A program made the translations under genes and the position numbers. Below the pieces are notes generated by a model. The model did not search any database. It was not told the DNA's origin and saw only the letters and a list, made by a program, of their open reading frames with translations. Of a DNA stretch of 64,000 bases, positions 57,509-64,000 are shown one piece after another (position 1 is the first letter of the stretch; every line of letters begins with the position of its first letter). This stretch comes from Eledone cirrhosa (lineage: Eukaryota), in NCBI GenBank assembly GCA_964016885.1, contig OZ024742.1:249922001-249986000 (forward strand), given 5' to 3'.

Positions 57509-57989
57509 TATATTTATATATATAAATATATATATAAATATATATACATATATAAATAGATATATATATATAAATATATATATTTGTGTGTGTGTGTGTA
57601 TTTGTACTTGTGGTTAAATAATATTGGGGGATTTAAATAGATAAACAGATTAGAAAGGGGGGAATTAGGAACTTTAGAGATTAAATGTGGTTTGAAGTAG
57701 TGAAGTAGGACTGGTGAAATATAGGGGGATGCACATAGTTTTAGACATCTTGGATTTACTTATACACCATCCAATGTGACCTTCATGTTTTGCTGCTGGT
57801 ACTACTACTGCTGCTGTTGTTGTTGGGTTGGCAGTATCGTTAGAGGATCGGACGCCATGCTTTGCAGCATAGAGTTACGACCCTATATGGTCGGATTTCA
57901 AATCCGGCCGAGGTTAACTTTTATTTTCATTCTTTCGGGGTCGATAAAATAAAGTACCAGTAATGTACTGAGGTAATTGCTGGCCTTAA

Positions 57990-59640
57990 GTGTTTCGCTT
58001 TAGAGTCGAGAATATACTAACTGAAGTGCATCCTGTTTTCCAAAGTGCATTAACTCAAAGTTATCCTCATTTTCTAGAATATTGGTTTATTCTACCACTT
58101 GCATAACATTGAGGAGAACTGATTGAAGGCAAATTCGGTCTTCTACTCCGTTGATAAACTGAAGCTTTGAATCACCTGCGAAGCTTTTTATTTTACTATG
58201 CTTGATGTGGCTCGTGTTTGATCTCATTTCTGTAAATAGTGTAGAGCAGATTAGAGGGACGTCACAACTGACTTTGGCTGAACCTGGTTGTATGCTTTCG
58301 ATCACAACATACTGGGTTCTCTTCACCCGGATCACTTAATCTTCAACAAGATGCTGATGTCAAGGTATATCACGTCAGTGATGGATTTCCTCTCTCAACG
58401 CGATGCAGAAAGGACATTAAGCAGTCCTTCATTCGCGGAAATTTAGGTTATATTTGGTTTCGAGAAAGTATGTTATTGTTGGTCACACCATTCTCTGAAA
58501 TAACTTACTGATATGAGAGCTGAGTGATATCGGGTGGTAATTCACTGCAAGGGACTTGTTTATTTTTCTGAAAACTGGGACGACAGACTGGGATATAAAA
58601 TAATCTTGGATATAGTCTGCGTCAAGTGAATTCCTCCAGATATTATGTCGAGGGGATTCAAGTTGATGTCGACACTGCTTCAGGTCACTTGCGGGGAACC
58701 TATGAAGGCCCAATTCCGAGTTGATTTTAATTTTGTTTATTGCTGCTAAGATATATGAAACCGAACGATATATCGGATACGGTGTGTTGGAGGTTAACAC
58801 CACTAATACTGTCCAGATGAATCATATCAGGATCGTTGAAAACAGAGGAGTATTATTTCTATCGTAACATGACCATGATTTTAGAATTATTATGGACAAT
58901 ATCATTTCCATCAATGAGAGGGACAACAGATAAGACGGCGTGTTTAATTTTCTCTAGTGTCCTAGACTTCCTAAATTCTCCTTTGGTTATTGATGATATT
59001 CACCATACAATTGTGAAGATTATGAGAACCATACCATGGTCAGCGAGATGAGTTTTTTTTCCCCACTGCCATATTATGCATAGTTTCAGTATAGTTACTT
59101 AACATTAGGTCCCAAATGCATTCGTGGTATCTTGTCGGCACCGGCATAGGTTGGGACAGGGAAATCTCACCCATAAAGTTGAAAGATGATTCCACTGCGG
59201 CTTTGTTGAAGGTTGAAAGGGAAATCACTGATTTCAAAGTATCTGTAGGTCAGTCAACACGTGCAGTTGGAAGTCAGACATCATTAATAAGTTGCCAGAA
59301 TGGCACTGCTGATAAAGCACAATAATATTGTTGTGGCAGTCGTTCAAGAACAGCAGAAAAGTTTAGAGTGTTCTATAGAGACCACTAACGCACGAATCGT
59401 TGACTTTATTGTGTAGAAAAACTGTAGCCATTTGAGTATATGTCCTTTGCAGCTGCCATTAAAGAGTCATGTAGGAATATAGATGCCCAGCCCTTTTTCT
59501 TCAATCAGGATATGCGTGGACTGTAGTGACATGGTTCACTTGCATTTCAGCTTTTAAGTGGGAGGTGTCGAGGTGGACCTCGGTTAGGATAAATAAAAAG
59601 ATGTGGTGAATTCAATCTTCCATTTTTGTGCATTAAGCAA
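57990..59640 (-). mobile_element. Decayed CR1/L2-group LINE ORF2 remnant
   Basis: VVPVFRK..NYHPISLSSHISKLFQR; RTQYVVI; IKSFAGDSKL..EDRICLQ; many stops and frameshifts. Confidence 0.75.
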
Positions 59641-59850
59641 ACGTGGAGGCTAGAAAAGTGGCTTGGTTAGATTGTTTCGAGGGTCTAGTCTTGGGTTTCT
59701 TGGTTAGGAAAAGCAATGTGGGGAATTTGTGCAAAGATAGTGGCTTGTGCGACAGACTAGAAGTTTTTTTTATTTTACCAGATTCGACATGCCTTATAAA
59801 GAATTCATGTAAGTATGTATTTATGTATGTATGTATATGCATATTTGTAT

Positions 59851-59886
<36 letters not shown>

Positions 59887-60337
59887 GTGACTGAATTCAC
59901 CTCTTAGATAAACTAATGTATATATGCGTTGGCGTATAAGTTCTATATGTGTGTTTATTCATGTGTAAGCGTATGTTTGTGAAGATATGTATTTATATAT
60001 AATACACATCTGAGCAAAGAATATGGGACGTGTGCTGTGGTTTACGCGTGTCATACCTGTTATCCCTGCAATGCAATTTTAGTCTATTGACCCTTCATGC
60101 TGAATAACAAATACATTACCACTAGGAACACTTGACACACATACCAGTAGCTATCTACCCAATAGAATAGTTCCACTGTAAGTGTTCGTGTGGAATTCTG
60201 AGAGATATGTCTGCAGGAAAATATGCACGTCTATATTACATATACATATGCCTATATCTATCTACAGATATATCTAGGTATATATACATAAATATATATA
60301 TATATATAGAGAGAGAGAGACATATACATATATATAC

Positions 60338-60401
<64 letters not shown>

Positions 60402-60482
60402 ATATATATATATATATATAATATAGATGCCTATAGTCTACCAACGTATTGTGGTTACTTCCAAAAGAATTCAGAAACCTAC

Positions 60483-60529
<47 letters not shown>

Positions 60530-60685
60530 ATACTTGGGGAGGGTCATATTGTTGTAATAATATTGCCAGAAACAATAACAGAACACATTCACTGTTTGTT
60601 TGGTTTTCGCTTCTGTATCTTTTATATGTCCATAGTTAATTTATTTGGCAATCAACATTTATCATTGATTGACAAACGGTTAAAA

Positions 60686-60722
<37 letters not shown>

Positions 60723-61345
60723 ATCAAAGTCCTTTCGTTGCACATCTGCAACATCATCAATGGTACTATTATGTTCCCTCCTAATCAATCAGTGGACTCA
60801 TAAGTAAATATTTCGAAAAACTTTTGCAACTGAAGGAAAACAGGAAGACGATACATTGGTTCGTGAAGCCGTTCCCTGGCAATGAATGGAAGAAAGGCCA
60901 GGATAATACGTCATTATGGTGAGCGGGGAAACAATTTCACGCAAAGACAAGAAAAACAAAATCATGTTTATGGTATAAATGGAGTCATTAAACTAATATT
61001 CTATTTAGAATAATTGAATGATTCTCAGCTCCAGAGTTTAAGAATAATTGTCTACTTTTGGCACGAGGCCAGCAATTACCCTATTAAATTACTGGTACTT
61101 TATTTTATCGACCCAGTAAGGATGAAAGACAAAGTTAATCTCGGTGGGATTTGAACTCAGAGGTTTAAGAATAATGTAAATAAATTTATTGAACGAATAT
61201 GACAGAGGTTATTAAAAGTAAGTAATAATTGTTTCTACTTTTAGGCACAAAGATTTAGGCCAGTACATACACATATATATCTATACACACACATATATAC
61301 ACGTACATACACGTGCATACGCGAATACGCACGTTATACACACAT

Positions 61346-61392
<47 letters not shown>

Positions 61393-61475
61393 AGTATGTA
61401 TACGTATACATACTTATATTTAAGTAACAGCCGTAATAAGAGTGAGAAATGAAATTTCGTTTCATTTTTTCCGTT

Positions 61476-61552
<77 letters not shown>

Positions 61553-61984
61553 AATTGGCGATAGCACTGTGAAAATGTTTAAGTATAATAGAGGTGTGTG
61601 AAAACGTATACGTTATTATACGATAAACATATGAGCAGCTTAGCTTTCAAAGAAAACATTTTATTTTCCTCGATCTTCCCCGGGGAGTATATCACAGAGT
61701 TGCCAGTACGTTTTGAGAATGTAAGACAGAGTTGTTTCAAGATTTCTTAATCTTTCATCAGTGGCACTCACTCAACCCATGCTAGCTCGGAAATAGACTA
61801 GAGTCTATACAGAACTTTTCCTGATAATCATTTGATGGATATGTTAATTTGCATATAATGCGAACCTGGCTATTTAAATTTAATTGGTGATAGCACTACG
61901 GCAGCGTTTATGCATAATATTGCTGTATATGAAAACATATAAACACAAATACGTTTTAATACAATAAACATATGGTTATGCTCA

Positions 61985-62021
<37 letters not shown>

Positions 62022-63836
62022 AATATACAAACTCACACACACGAATAGAAAGACAATGGGTGGTCGTAGATGGAATGCTTTTGAATCATAGAATTGAATA
62101 ACAAAAACATTAATAACACTATGTCTCTTAAATATTGAAGGATACGTTAGTTAATGTTACTGAAATAAAATGATATGGATGTGCCCGGCTAGAACGCCTT
62201 TTATTATAGTTATGTAGTTCGAGAGCTGACCTGCGGCTAAACTACAAAAACAGACAACTTTTGTCTACGATTGTTTCACCGTAAAATGTTAAATATATTG
62301 GCCATTAAACTTCATTAGGTAAGACTCGATCTCTGCTCCTCTTTATTTGATTGTTTAAATTCTTTACATACTCAGCACTGAAACTACCACATCTATCCTT
62401 TTCTTCACATATACTATCAATACTTCTAAACAGCTTGCCCAACAAAACCTTAGATAGAGGATTTGAACCATCATCCCACTAGTATCAAATTATCTCCTCT
62501 CTCGCTAGGACATTTATACTTGTCTTAACATATAATGTTAACAATTTTATACCAAACCGCATGAAACCGGCTGCTATTTATTTGAAAAACATTCTATTCT
62601 CATTTTATGTAAGAAATTTGCTGGTATAATGAAAAAGGATGTGTTATATTACTAAATCCCTCTTAAATCTTGATTATTTTCAGAATTAATTGAAAATCAT
62701 AGATAGTGATTTTCGTTAAAGATATGATAATGAAAAGTTAAATATCTAGACAATGAACTAGATAGGGGAAGATTCGAACATGTGTTCTATTGGTTTGAAA
62801 GTTTCAAATCCCGTCTCCTCACATTGATCCTCATCTTACAATACACTTGTTTAAAGAGAATTAACTGTTTTTTCTTCCATCTGAATCTACGTTAGAGTTA
62901 ACCCGATTAAAAGGTATTTGCGTGCTGAAATCTGAAGCATTCTCAGTGAGGGGTTTCTGGGGTTTTATTTATGGCTAAATCTAGCATAGAGTAATTTTAA
63001 TTACACATTCCAATGAGATTGCTTATTAAGGATATATTTGAGTGTGTACCCTTAATCTGTTAATAATATCGGATGAAAATAGTTATAAATCCTTCAGATT
63101 TGCCCTTAATCTACTCCTACATCACCTCGTTATTTGACATTCACTGTTAAGCATGTTTACTCAGAAATTAAATCGCCTAAACATTTCGCTAGATTTTATA
63201 ACACAGATATTTATTATTTCCGATGTTATGTTACATTTGTGGTCATATAGTAATATATGTTAGTAAGTGGTTATGGTTTTTGGTTCTCGATCACAAGATC
63301 ATGAGTTCGATTCCAGGCAACGCATTGTGTCCTTGTGCAAGACAATTTATATCACGTTTCTACACTCCACTCAGCTGAAATATTTTATTGTGAAATTCAA
63401 AGAGCTAACATTGCCACGCCCTTTATCTTACTGAATGTCCCTGAGTATTCAACTAGCAAATTAATTTCTCGAGCAGCCTGTTCCGTTGAACGAAGGTTCA
63501 AAACTATTTTCATGCCCACCCCTGCATATATGTAATCTTTTCTTAAAAACAAAAGCATTCATCACACAAATTCATTTTGCAGATGTTTTATTTCAGTTTG
63601 TTGCAAAGAAATATGGGTTTTGTTTTCTGGAATATCTCCATGATATGATTAAGATGTTCTTGCCAAAACTTTAGACCGTTTGTTTTTCACATTTATATTG
63701 AATATTTTCAATCTAAAACATCACGATGTCGGTTTTTAATCTCACAGATGCCAACCACAATGTAGAAAGCTGAGAGTTATAAATGTTGTTTGAGTGGGAC
63801 CAGGATTTATCTCTCTGTCTCACCTACACACACACA

Positions 63837-63936
<100 letters not shown>

Positions 63937-64000
63937 CATATAATGAATATTAAAACAAGGATTGTTATCAAAACAGTATGACTGTATTACGACTGCTACG

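Overview
Very AT-rich, microsatellite-saturated eukaryotic DNA, probably intronic or intergenic. The SINE and microsatellite make-up suggests an octopod cephalopod, which is an inference. Almost all ORFs in the track are (TA)n/(CA)n/(GATA)n artefacts, and no host gene can be named. Real coding remnants all come from transposable elements: a 5'-truncated Tx1/L1-clade RT and a second 3' end, both in (TCTA)n; three Penelope-like GIY-YIG remnants, one Naiad-like with TGA at a conserved Cys; CRE-like, CR1-like and mariner fragments; RTE-derived bipartite elements; non-autonomous Helitrons; and many tRNA-derived SINEs. The main unexplained signal is about 20 minimal type-I hammerhead ribozyme (HHR) motifs from at least 8 unrelated short elements, all found by eye. 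They sit in fold-back or partial-tandem (retrozyme/pLTR-like) structures in (TA)n tracts. Three have compensatory U3:A8 cores, and two insertions have boundaries at the predicted cleavage site. A few isolated exon-like segments may belong to a host gene. All coordinates were read manually, and element ends are approximate.
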